A stretch of 64,000 nucleotides of DNA, taken from positions 19,902,001 through 19,966,000 of the forward strand of contig OZ059896.1 of NCBI GenBank assembly GCA_964057225.1, written 5' to 3'. Position numbers and translations under genes: made by a program. The notes under the pieces were generated by a model. It was not told the DNA's origin and ran no database searches. It saw only the letters and a list, made by a program, of their open reading frames with translations. This document shows, in pieces, positions 12,301 through 26,260 of the stretch; within the stretch, counting starts at the first letter, position 1, and every line of letters starts with the position of its first letter. The DNA is from Auanema rhodensis (lineage: Eukaryota; Animalia; Nematoda).

Positions 12301-14040
12301 TACTACATTGAGAAACGCTTAATACAAAAATTAGTTATGATCGTTTGAAAAATGATGCATTAGTGTATGTTGAGTTTCCATGTACACTCAACATTGCTTC
12401 CAAAAACATTTTGACAAAAATTTTTTCGAAAAATTTCAAAATAATTTAGCAAAAAGTAGATGTTTTTAGATTCCATTTTTCAAGGCAAAGACGATGGACA
12501 ATGTTATTCAACGAAAAAATTAATTCTTCAGGGTGAAAATCGAGGATATAAGTGTGAACTTATATCAGTTGATATCTCGGTGCATTTTTAAGCTAGCGCA
12601 AATCTGATACCACAGATCGACGCAGCTTAAAAATCCGCATCGAATGCACTATACTACATTGAGAAACGCTTGATACAAAAATTAGTTATGATCGTTTGAA
12701 AAATGATGCATTAGTGTATGTTGAGTTTCCATGTACACTCAACATTGCTTCCCAAAACATTTTGACAAAAATTTTTTCGAAAAATTTCAAAATAATTTAG
12801 CAAAAAGTAGATGTTTTTAGATTTCATTTTTCAAGGCAAAGACGATGGACAATGTTATTCAACGGAAAAATTATTTCTTCAGGGTGAAAATCGAGGATAT
12901 AAGTGTGAACTTATATCAGTTGATATCTCGGTGCATTTTTAAGCTAGCGCAAATCTGATAACACAGATCGACGCAGCTTAAAAATCCGCATCGAATGCAC
13001 TAAACTACATTGAGAAACGCTTAATACAAAAATTAGTTATGATCGTTTGAAAAATGATGCATTAGTGTATGTTGAGTTTCCATGTACACTCAACATTGCT
13101 TCCAAAAACATTTTGACAAAAATTTTTTCGAAAAATTTCAAAATAATTTAGCAAAAAGTAGATGTTTTTAGATTCCATTTTTCAAGGCAAAGACGATGGA
13201 CAGTGTTATTCAACGAAAAAATTAATTCTTCAGGGTGAAAATCGAGGATATAAGTGTGAACTTATATCAGTTGATATCTCGGTGCATTTTTAAGCTAGCG
13301 CAAATCTGATAACACAGATCGACGCAGCTTAAAAATGCGCATCGAATGCACTATACTACATTGAGAAACGCTTAATACAAAAATTAGTTATGATCGTTTG
13401 AAAAATGATGCATTAGTGTATGTTAAGTTTCCATGTACACTCAACATTGCTTCCAAGAACATTTTGACAAAAATTTTTTCGAAAAATTTCAAAATAATTT
13501 AGCAAAAAGTAGATGTTTTTAGATTCCTTTATTCAAGGCAAAGACGATGGACAATGTTATTCAACGAAAAAATTAATTCTTCAGGGTGAAAATCGAGGAT
13601 ATAAGTGTGAACTTATATCAGTTGATATCTCGGTGCATTTTTAAGCTAGCGCAAATCTGATAACACAGATCGACGCAGCTTAAAAATCCGCATCGAATGC
13701 ACTATACTACATTGAGAAACGCTTAATACAAAAATTAGTTATGATCGTTTGAAAAATGATGCATTAGTGTATGTTGAGTTTCCATGTACACTCAACATTG
13801 CCTCCAAAAACATTTTGACAAAAATTTTTTCGAAAAATTTCAAAATAATTTAGCAAAAAGTAGATGTTTTTAGATTCCATTTTTCAAGGCAAAGACGAAG
13901 GACAATGTTATTCAACGAAAAAATTAATTCTTCAGGGTGAAAATCGAGGATATAAGTGTGAACTTATATCAGTTGATATCTCGGTGCATTTTTAAGCTAG
14001 CGCAAATCTGATAACACAGATCGACGCAGCTTAAAAATCC

Positions 14041-17000
14041 GCATCGAATGCACTATACTACATTGAGAAACGCTTAATACAAAAATTAGTTATGATCGTT
14101 TGAAAAATGATGCATTAGTGTATGTTGAGTTTCCATGTACACTCAACATTGCTTCCAAAAACATTTTGACAAAAATTTTTTCGAAAAATTTCAAAATAAT
14201 TTAGCAAAAAGTAGATGTTTTTAGATTCCATTTTTCAAGGCAAAGACGAAGGACAATGTTATTCAACGAAAAAATTAATTCTTCAGGGTGAAAATCGAGG
14301 ATATAAGTGTGAACTTATATCAGTTGATATCTCGGTGCATTTTTAAGCTAGCGCAAATCTGATAACACAGATCGACGCAGCTTAAAAATCCGCATCGAAT
14401 GCACTATACTACATTGAGAAACGCTTAATACAAAAATTAGTTATGATCGTTTGAAAAATGATGCATTAGTGTATGTTGAGTTTCCATGTACACTCAACAT
14501 TGCTTCCAAAAACATTTTGACAAAAATTTTTTCGAAAAATTTCAAAATAATTTAGCAAAAAGTAGATGTTTTTAGATTCCATTTTTCAAAGCAAAGACGA
14601 TGGACAGTGTTATTCAACGAAAAAATTAATTCTTCAGGGTGAAAATCGAGGATATAAGTGTGAACTTATATCAGTTGATATCTCGGTGCATTTTTAAGCT
14701 AGCGCAAATCTGATAACACAGATCGACGCAGCTTAAAAATGCGCATCGAATGCACTATACTACATTGAGAAACGCTTAATACAAAAATTAGTTATGATCG
14801 TTTGAAAAATGATGCATTAGTGTATGTTGAGTTTCCATGTACACTCAACATTGCTTCCAAGAACATTTTGACAAAAATTTTTTCGAAAAATTTCAAAATA
14901 ATTTAGCAAAAAGTAGATGTTTTTAGATTCCTTTATTCAAGGCAAAGACGATGGACAATGTTATTCAACGAAAAAATTAATTCTTCAGGGTGAAAATCGA
15001 GGATATAAGTGTGAACTTATATCAGTTGATATCTCGGTGCATTTTTAAGCTAGCGCAAATCTGATAACACAGATCGACGCAGCTTAAAAATCCGCATCGA
15101 ATGCACTATACTACATTGAGAAACGCTTAATACAAAAATTAGTTATGATCGTTTGAAAAATGATGCATTAGTGTATGTTGAGTTTCCATGTACACTCAAC
15201 ATTGCTTCCAAAAACATTTTGACAAAAATTTTTTCGAAAAATTTCAAAATAATTTAGCAAAAAGTAGATGTTTTTAGATTCCATTTTTCAAGGCAAAGAC
15301 GAAGGACAATGTTATTCAACGAAAAAATTAATTCTTCAGGGTGAAAATCGAGGATATAAGTGTGAACTTATATCAGTTGATATCTCGGTGCATTTTTAAG
15401 CTAGCGCAAATCTGATAACACAGATCGACGCAGCTTAAAAATCCGCATCGAATGCACTATACTACATTGAGAAACGCTTAATACAAAAATTAGTTATGAT
15501 CGTTTGAAAAATGATGCATTAGTGTATGTTGAGTTTCCATGTACACTCAACATTGCTTCCAAAAACATTTTGACAAAAATTTTTTCGAAAAATTTCAAAA
15601 TAATTTAGCAAAAAGTAGATGTTTTTAGATTCCATTTTTCAAAGCAAAGACGATGGACAGTGTTATTCAACGAAAAAATTAATTCTTCAGGGTGAAAATC
15701 GAGGATATAAGTGTGAACTTATATCAGTTGATATCTCGGTGCATTTTTAAGCTAGCGCAAATCTGATAACACAGATCGACGCAGCTTAAAAATGCGCATC
15801 GAATGCACTATACTACATTGAGAAACGCTTAATACAAAAATTAGTTATGATCGTTTGAAAAATGATGCATTAGTGTATGTTGAGTTTCCATGTACACTCA
15901 ACATTGCTTCCAAGAACATTTTGACAAAAATTTTTTCGAAAAATTTCAAAATAATTTAGCAAAAAGTAGATGTTTTTAGATTCCTTTATTCAAGGCAAAG
16001 ACGATGGACAATGTTATTCAACGAAAAAATTAATTCTTCAGGGTGAAAATCGAGGATATAAGTGTGAACTTATATCAGTTGATATCTCGGTGCATTTTTA
16101 AGCTAGCGCAAATCTGATAACACAGATCGACGCAGCTTAAAAATCCGCATCGAATGCACTATACTACATTGAGAAACGCTTAATACAAAAATTAGTTATG
16201 ATCGTTTGAAAAATGATGCATTAGTGTATGTTGAGTTTCCATGTACACTCAACATTGCTTCCAAAAACATTTTGACAAAAATTTTTTCGAAAAATTTCAA
16301 AATAATTTAGCAAAAAGTAGATGTTTTTAGATTCCATTTTTCAAGGCAAAGACGAAGGACAATGTTATTCAACGAAAAAATTAATTCTTCAGGGTGAAAA
16401 TCGAGGATATAAGTGTGAACTTATATCAGTTGATATCTCGGTGCATTTTTAAGCTAGCGCAAATCTGATAACACAGATCGACGCAGCTTAAAAATCCGCA
16501 TCGAATGCACTATACTACATTGAGAAACGCTTAATACAAAAATTAGTTATGATCGTTTGAAAAATGATGCATTAGTGTATGTTGAGTTTCCATGTACACT
16601 CAACATTGCTTCCAAAAACATTTTGACAAAAATTTTTTCGAAAAATTTCAAAATAATTTAGCAAAAAGTAGATGTTTTTAGATTCCATTTTTCAAAGCAA
16701 AGACGATGGACAGTGTTATTCAACGAAAAAATTAATTCTTCAGGGTGAAAATCGAGGATATAAGTGTGAACTTATATCAGTTGATATCTCGGTGCATTTT
16801 TAAGCTAGCGCAAATCTGATAACACAGATCGACGCAGCTTAAAAATGCGCATCGAATGCACTATACTACATTGAGAAACGCTTAATACAAAAATTAGTTA
16901 TGATCGTTTGAAAAATGATGCATTAGTGTATGTTGAGTTTCCATGTACACTCAACATTGCTTCCAAGAACATTTTGACAAAAATTTTTTCGAAAAATTTC

Positions 17001-17550
17001 AAAATAATTTAGCAAAAAGTAGATGTTTTTAGATTCCTTTATTCAAGGCAAAGACGATGGACAATGTTATTCAACGAAAAAATTAATTCTTCAGGGTGAA
17101 AATCGAGGATATAAGTGTGAACTTATATCAGTTGATATCTCGGTGCATTTTTAAGCTAGCGCAAATCTGATAACACAGATCGACGCAGCTTAAAAATCCG
17201 CATCGAATGCACTATACTACATTGAGAAACGCTTAATACAAAAATTAGTTATGATCGTTTGAAAAATGATGCATTAGTGTATGTTGAGTTTCCATGTACA
17301 CTCAACATTGCTTCCAAAAACATTTTGACAAAAATTTTTTCGAAAAATTTCAAAATAATTTAGCAAAAAGTAGATGTTTTTAGATTCCATTTTTCAAGGC
17401 AAAGACGAAGGACAATGTTATTCAACGAAAAAATTAATTCTTCAGGGTGAAAATCGAGGATATAAGTGTGAACTTATATCAGTTGATATCTCGGTGCATT
17501 TTTAAGCTAGCGCAAATCTGATAACACAGATCGACGCAGCTTAAAAATCC
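14041..17550. repeat. Local 3-monomer (1053-bp) higher-order repeat, ~3.3 copies (monomers 41-50)
   Basis: GACGAAGG in monomers 41/44/47/50, TTCAAAGC in 42/45/48 and TTCCAAGAAC in 43/46/49, each at 1053-bp spacing. Confidence 0.88.
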
Positions 17551-19969
17551 GCATCGAATGCACTATACTACATTGAGAAACGCTTGATACAAAAATTAGT
17601 TATGATCGTTTGAAAAATGATGCATTAGTGTATGTTGAGTTTCCATGTACACTCAACATTGCTTCCAAAAACATTTTGACAAAAATTTTTTCGAAAAATT
17701 TCAAAATAATTTAGCAAAAAGTACATGTTTTTAGATTCCATTTTTCAAGGCAAAGACGATGGACAATGTTATTCAACGAAAAAATTAATTCTTCAGGGTG
17801 AAAATCGAGGATATAAGTGTGAACTTATATCAGTTGATATCTCGGTGCATTTTTAAGCTAGCGCAAATCTGATAACACAGATCGACGCAGCTTGAAAATC
17901 CGCATCGAATGCACTATACTACATTGAGAAACGCTTAATACAAAAATTAGTTATGATCGTTTGAAAAATGATGCATTAGTGTATGTTGAGTTTCCATGTA
18001 CACTCAACATTGCTTCCAAAAACATTTTGACAAAAATTTTTTCGAAAAATTTCAAAATAATTTAGCAAAAAGTAGATGTTTTTAGATTCCATTTTTCAAG
18101 GCAAAGACGATGGACAATGTTATTCAACGAAAAAATTAATTCTTCAGGGTGAAAATCGAGGATATAAGTGTGAACTTATATCAGTTGATATCTCGGTGCA
18201 TTTTTAAGCTAGCGCAAATCTGATAACACAGATCGACGCAGCTTAAAAATCCGCATCGAATGCACTATACTACATTGAGAAACGCTTAATACAAAAATTA
18301 GTTATGATCGTTTGAAAAATGATGCATTAGTGTATGTTGAGTTTCCATGTACACTCAACATTGCTTCCAAAAACATTTTGACAAAAATTTTTTCGAAAAA
18401 TTTCAAAATAATTTAGCAAAAAGTACATGTTTTTAGATTCCATTTTTCAAGGCAAAGACGATGGACAATGTTATTCAACGAAAAAATTAATTCTTCAGGG
18501 TGAAAATCGAGGATATAAGTGTGAACTTATATCAGTTGATATCTCGGTGCATTTTTAAGCTAGCGCAAATCTGATAACACAGATCGACGCAGCTTAAAAA
18601 TCCGCATCGAATGCACTATACTACATTGAGAAACGCTTAATACAAAAATTAGTTATGATCGTTTGAAAAATGATGCATTAGTGTATGTTGAGTTTCCATG
18701 TACACTCAACATTGCTTCCAAAAACATTTTGACAAAAATTTTTTCGAAAAATTTCAAAATAATTTAGCAAAAAGTAGATGTTTTTAGATTCCATTTTTCA
18801 AAGCAAAGACGATGGACAGTGTTATTCAACGGAAAAATTATTTCTTCAGGGTGAAAATCGAGGATATAAGTGTGAACTTATATCAGTTGATATCTCGGTG
18901 CATTTTTAAGCTAGCGCAAATCTGATAACACAGATCGACGCAGCTTAAAAATCCGCATCGAATGCACTATACTACATTGAGAAACGCTTGATACAAAAAT
19001 TAGTTATGATCGTTTGAAAAATGATGCATTAGTGTATGTTGAGTTTCCATGTACACTCAACATTGCTTCCAAAAACATTTTGACAAAAATTTTTTCGAAA
19101 AATTTCAAAATAATTTAGCAAAAAGTAGATGTTTTTAGATTCCATTTTTCAAGGCAAAGACGATGGACAATGTTATTCAACGAAAAACTTAATTCTTCAG
19201 GGTGAAAATCGAGGATATAAGTGTGAACTTATATCAGTTGATATCTCGGTGCATTTTTAAGCTAGCGCAAATCTGATAACACAGATCGACGCAGCTTAAA
19301 AATCCGCATCGAATGCACTATACTACATTGAGAAACGCTTAATACAAAAATTAGTTATGATCGTTTGAAAAATGATGCATTAGTGTATGTTGAGTTTCCA
19401 TGTACACTCAACATTGCTTCCAAAAACATTTTGACAAAAATTTTTTCGAAAAATTTCAAAATAATTTAGCAAAAAGTAGATGTTTTTAGATTCCATTTTT
19501 CAAAGCAAAGACGATGGACAGTGTTATTCAACGGAAAAATTATTTCTTCAGGGTGAAAATCGAGGATATAAGTGTGAACTTATATCAGTTGATATCTCGG
19601 TGCATTTTTAAGCTAGCGCAAATCTGATAACACAGATCGACGCAGCTTAAAAATCCGCATCGAATGCACTATACTACATTGAGAAACGCTTGATACAAAA
19701 ATTAGTTATGATCGTTTGAAAAATGATGCATTAGTGTATGTTGAGTTTCCATGTACACTCAACATTGCTTCCAAAAACATTTTGACAAAAATTTTTTCGA
19801 AAAATTTCAAAATAATTTAGCAAAAAGTAGATGTTTTTAGATTCCATTTTTCAAGGCAAAGACGATGGACAATGTTATTCAACGAAAAAATTAATTCTTC
19901 AGGGTGAAAATCGAGGATATAAGTGTGAACTTATATCAGTTGATATCTCGGTGCATTTTTAAGCTAGCG

Positions 19970-22900
19970 CAAACCTGATAACACAGATCGACGCAGCTTA
20001 AAAATCCGCATCAAATGCACTAAACTACATTGAGAAACGCTTTATACAAAAATTAGTTATGATCGTTTGAAAAATGATGCATTAGTGTATGTTGAGTTTC
20101 CATGTACACTCAACATTGCTTCCAAAAACATTTTGACAAAAATTTTTTCGAAAAATTTCAAAATAATTTAGCAAAAAGTAGATGTTTTTAGATTCCATTT
20201 TTCAAGGCAAAGACGATGGACAGTGTTATTCAACGAAAAAATTAATTCTTCAGGGTGAAAATCGAGGATATAAGTGTGAACTTATATCAGTTGATATCTC
20301 GGTGCATTTTTAAGCTAGCGCAAATCTGATAACACAGATCGACGCAGCTTAAAAATGCGCATCGAATGCACTATACTACATTGAGAAACGCTTGATACAA
20401 AAATTAGTTATGATCGTTTGAAAAATGATGCATTAGTGTATGTTGAGTTTCCATGTACACTCAACATTGCTTCCAAAAACATTTTGACAAAAATTTTTTC
20501 GAAAAATTTCAGAATAATTTAGCAAAAAGTAGATGTTTTTAGATTCCATTTTTCAAGGCAAAGACGAAGGACAATGTTATTCAACGAAAAAATTAATTCT
20601 TCAGGGTGAAAATCGAGGATATAAGTGTGAACTTATATCAGTTGATATCTCGGTGCATTTTTAAGCTAGCGCAAATCTGATAACACAGATCGACGCAGCT
20701 TAAAAATCCGCATCGAATGCACTATACTACATTGAGAAACGCTTAATACAAAAATTAGTTATGATCGTTTGAAAAATGATGCATTAGTGTATGTTGAGTT
20801 TCCATGTACACTCAACATTGCTTCCAAAAACATTTTGACAAAAATTTTTTCGAAAAATTTCAAAATAATTTAGCAAAAAGTAGATGTTTTTAGATTCCAT
20901 TTTTCAAAGCAAAGACGATGGACAGTGTTATTCAACGAAAAAATTAATTCTTCAGGGTGAAAATCGAGGATATAAGTGTGAACTTATATCAGTTGATATC
21001 TCGGTGCATTTTTAAGCTAGCGCAAATCTGATAACACAGATCGACGCAGCTTAAAAATGCGCATCGAATGCACTATACTACATTGAGAAACGCTTGATAC
21101 AAAAATTAGTTATGATCGTTTGAAAAATGATGCATTAGTGTATGTTGAGTTTCCATGTACACTCAACATTGCTTCCAAAAACATTTTGACAAAAATTTTT
21201 TCGAAAAATTTCAAAATAATTTAGCAAAAAGTAGATGTTTTTAGATTCCATTTTTCAAGGCAAAGACGAAGGACAATGTTATTCAACGAAAAAATTAATT
21301 CTTCAGGGTGAAAATCGAGGATATAAGTGTGAACTTATATCAGTTGATATCTCGGTGCATTTCTAAGCTAGCGCAAATCTGATAACACAGATCGACGCAG
21401 CTTAAAAATCCGCATCGAATGCACTATACTACATTGAGAAACGCTTAATACAAAAATTAGTTATGATCGTTTGAAAAATGATGCATTAGTGTATGTTGAG
21501 TTTCCATGTACACTCAACATTGCTTCCAAAAACATTTTGACAAAAATTTTTTCGAAAAATTTCAAAATAATTTAGCAAAAAGTAGATGTTTTTAGATTCC
21601 ATTTTTCAAAGCAAAGACGATGGACAGTGTTATTCAACGAAAAAATTAATTCTTCAGGGTGAAAATCGAGGATATAAGTGTGAACTTATATCAGTTGATA
21701 TCTCGGTGCATTTTTAAGCTAGCGCAAATCTGATAACACAGATCGACGCAGCGTAAAAATCCGCATCGAATGCACTATACTACATTGAGAAACGCTTAAT
21801 ACAAAAATTAGTTATGATCGTTTGAAAAATGATGCATTAGTGTATGTTGAGTTTCCATGTACACTCAACATTGCTTCCAAAAACATTTTGACAAAAATTT
21901 TTTCGAAAAATTTCAAAATAATTTAGCAAAAAGTAGATGTTTTTAGATTCCAGTTTTCAAGGCAAAGACGATGGACAATGTTATTCAACGAAAAAATTAA
22001 TTCTTCAGGGTGAAAATCGAGGATATATGTGTGAACTTATATCAGTTGATATCTCGGTGCATTTTTAAGCTAGCGCAAATCTGATAACACAGATCGACGC
22101 AGCTTAAAAATCCGCATCGAATGCACTATACTACATTGAGAAACGCTTAATACAAAAATTAGTTATGATCGTTTGAAAAATGATGCATTAGTGTATGTTG
22201 AGTTTCCATGTACACTCAACATTGCTTCCAAAAACATTTTGACAAAAATTTTTTCGAAAAATTTCAAAATAATTTAGCAAAAAGTAGATGTTTTTAGATT
22301 CCATTTTTCAAAGCAAAGACGATGGACAGTGTTATTCAACGAAAAAATTAATTCTTCAGGGTGAAAATCGAGGATATAAGTGTGAACTTATATCAGTTGA
22401 TATCTCGGTGCATTTTTAAGCTAGCGCAAATCTGATAACACAGATCGACGCAGCTTAAAAATCCGCATCGAATGCACTATACTACATTGAGAAACGCTTA
22501 ATACAAAAATTAGTTATGATCGTTTGAAAAATGATGCATTAGTGTATGTTGAGTTTCCATGTACACTCAACATTGCTTCCAAAAACATTTTGACAAAAAT
22601 TTTTTCGAAAAATTTCGAAATAATTTAGCAAAAAGTAGATGTTTTTAGATTCCTTTATTCAAGGCAAAGACGATGGACAATGTTATTCAACGAAAAAATT
22701 AATTCTTTAGGGTGAAAATCGAGGATATAAGTGTGAACTTATATCAGTTGATATCTCGGTGCATTTTTAAGCTAGCGCAAACCTGATAACACAGATCGAC
22801 GCAGCTTAAAAATCCGCATCAAATGCACTAAACTACATTGAGAAACGCTTTATACAAAAATTAGTTATGATCGTTTGAAAAATGATGCATTAGTGTATGT

Positions 22901-25900
22901 TGAGTTTCCATGTACACTCAACATTGCTTCCAAAAACATTTTGACAAAAATTTTTTCGAAAAATTTCAAAATAATTTAGCAAAAAGTAGATGTTTTTAGA
23001 TTCCATTTTTCAAGGCAAAGACGATGGACAGTGTTATTCAACGAAAAAATTAATTCTTCAGGGTGAAAATCGAGGATATAAGTGTGAACTTATATCAGTT
23101 GATATCTCGGTGCATTTTTAAGCTAGCGCAAATCTGATAACACAGATCGACGCAGCTTAAAAATGCGCATCGAATGCACTATACTACATTGAGAAACGCT
23201 TGATACAAAAATTAGTTATGATCGTTTGAAAAATGATGCATTAGTGTATGTTGAGTTTCCATGTACACTCAACATTGCTTCCAAAAACATTTTGACAAAA
23301 ATTTTTTCGAAAAATTTCGAAATAATTTAGCAAAAAGTAGATGTTTTTAGATTCCTTTATTCAAGGCAAAGACGATGGACAATGTTATTCAACGAAAAAA
23401 TTAATTCTTTAGGGTGAAAATCGAGGATATAAGTGTGAACTTATATCAGTTGATATCTCGGTGCATTTTTAAGCTAGCGCAAACCTGATAACACAGATCG
23501 ACGCAGCTTAAAAATCCGCATCAAATGCACTAAACTACATTGAGAAACGCTTTATACAAAAATTAGTTATGATCGTTTGAAAAATGATGCATTAGTGTAT
23601 GTTGAGTTTCCATGTACACTCAACATTGCTTCCAAAAACATTTTGACAAAAATTTTTTCGAAAAATTTCAAAATAATTTAGCAAAAAGTAGATGTTTTTA
23701 GATTCCATTTTTCAAGGCAAAGACGATGGACAGTGTTATTCAACGAAAAAATTAATTCTTCAGGGTGAAAATCGAGGATATAAGTGTGAACTTATATCAG
23801 TTGATATCTCGGTGCATTTTTAAGCTAGCGCAAATCTGATAACACAGATCGACGCAGCTTAAAAATGCGCATCGAATGCACTATACTACATTGAGAAACG
23901 CTTGATACAAAAATTAGTTATGATCGTTTGAAAAATGATGCATTAGTGTATGTTGAGTTTCCATGTACACTCAACATTGCTTCCAAAAACATTTTGACAA
24001 AAATTTTTTCGAAAAATTTCAGAATAATTTAGCAAAAAGTAGATGTTTTTAGATTCCATTTTTCAAGGCAAAGACGAAGGACAATGTTATTCAACGAAAA
24101 AATTAATTCTTCAGGGTGAAAATCGAGGATATAAGTGTGAACTTATATCAGTTGATATCTCGGTGCATTTTTAAGCTAGCGCAAATCTGATAACACAGAT
24201 CGACGCAGCTTAAAAATCCGCATCGAATGCACTATACTACATTGAGAAACGCTTAATACAAAAATTAGTTATGATCGTTTGAAAAATGATGCATTAGTGT
24301 ATGTTGAGTTTCCATGTACACTCAACATTGCTTCCAAAAACATTTTGACAAAAATTTTTTCGAAAAATTTCAAAATAATTTAGCAAAAAGTAGATGTTTT
24401 TAGATTCCATTTTTCAAAGCAAAGACGATGGACAGTGTTATTCAACGAAAAAATTAATTCTTCAGGGTGAAAATCGAGGATATAAGTGTGAACTTATATC
24501 AGTTGATATCTCGGTGCATTTTTAAGCTAGCGCAAATCTGATAACACAGATCGACGCAGCTTAAAAATGCGCATCGAATGCACTATACTACATTGAGAAA
24601 CGCTTGATACAAAAATTAGTTATGATCGTTTGAAAAATGATGCATTAGTGTATGTTGAGTTTCCATGTACACTCAACATTGCTTCCAAAAACATTTTGAC
24701 AAAAATTTTTTCGAAAAATTTCAAAATAATTTAGCAAAAAGTAGATGTTTTTAGATTCCATTTTTCAAGGCAAAGACGAAGGACAATGTTATTCAACGAA
24801 AAAATTAATTCTTCAGGGTGAAAATCGAGGATATAAGTGTGAACTTATATCAGTTGATATCTCGGTGCATTTCTAAGCTAGCGCAAATCTGATAACACAG
24901 ATCGACGCAGCTTAAAAATCCGCATCGAATGCACTATACTACATTGAGAAACGCTTAATACAAAAATTAGTTATGATCGTTTGAAAAATGATGCATTAGT
25001 GTATGTTGAGTTTCCATGTACACTCAACATTGCTTCCAAAAACATTTTGACAAAAATTTTTTCGAAAAATTTCAAAATAATTTAGCAAAAAGTAGATGTT
25101 TTTAGATTCCATTTTTCAAAGCAAAGACGATGGACAGTGTTATTCAACGAAAAAATTAATTCTTCAGGGTGAAAATCGAGGATATAAGTGTGAACTTATA
25201 TCAGTTGATATCTCGGTGCATTTTTAAGCTAGCGCAAATCTGATAACACAGATCGACGCAGCGTAAAAATCCGCATCGAATGCACTATACTACATTGAGA
25301 AACGCTTAATACAAAAATTAGTTATGATCGTTTGAAAAATGATGCATTAGTGTATGTTGAGTTTCCATGTACACTCAACATTGCTTCCAAAAACATTTTG
25401 ACAAAAATTTTTTCGAAAAATTTCAAAATAATTTAGCAAAAAGTAGATGTTTTTAGATTCCAGTTTTCAAGGCAAAGACGATGGACAATGTTATTCAACG
25501 AAAAAATTAATTCTTCAGGGTGAAAATCGAGGATATATGTGTGAACTTATATCAGTTGATATCTCGGTGCATTTTTAAGCTAGCGCAAATCTGATAACAC
25601 AGATCGACGCAGCTTAAAAATCCGCATCGAATGCACTATACTACATTGAGAAACGCTTAATACAAAAATTAGTTATGATCGTTTGAAAAATGATGCATTA
25701 GTGTATGTTGAGTTTCCATGTACACTCAACATTGCTTCCAAAAACATTTTGACAAAAATTTTTTCGAAAAATTTCAAAATAATTTAGCAAAAAGTAGATG
25801 TTTTTAGATTCCATTTTTCAAAGCAAAGACGATGGACAGTGTTATTCAACGAAAAAATTAATTCTTCAGGGTGAAAATCGAGGATATAAGTGTGAACTTA

Positions 25901-26260
25901 TATCAGTTGATATCTCGGTGCATTTTTAAGCTAGCGCAAATCTGATAACACAGATCGACGCAGCTTAAAAATCCGCATCGAATGCACTATACTACATTGA
26001 GAAACGCTTAATACAAAAATTAGTTATGATCGTTTGAAAAATGATGCATTAGTGTATGTTGAGTTTCCATGTACACTCAACATTGCTTCCAAAAACATTT
26101 TGACAAAAATTTTTTCGAAAAATTTCGAAATAATTTAGCAAAAAGTAGATGTTTTTAGATTCCTTTATTCAAGGCAAAGACGATGGACAATGTTATTCAA
26201 CGAAAAAATTAATTCTTTAGGGTGAAAATCGAGGATATAAGTGTGAACTTATATCAGTTG
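19970..26260. repeat. Block duplication with 10-monomer (3510-bp) offset: ~19970-22750 vs ~23480-26260
   Basis: Rare SNPs recur 3510 bp apart: AAACCTG 19971/23481, TTTCAGAAT ~20510/24020, TTCTAAG 21361/24871, GCGTAAAA 21751/25261, CAGTTTT 21951/25461, TTTCGAAAT ~22615/26125. Confidence 0.88.

Noticed and set aside
22706-22712. Telomeric motif TTTAGGG/TTAGGG in m244 C>T monomers
   Set aside because: It is a single, non-tandem copy created by one SNP and is expected by chance.
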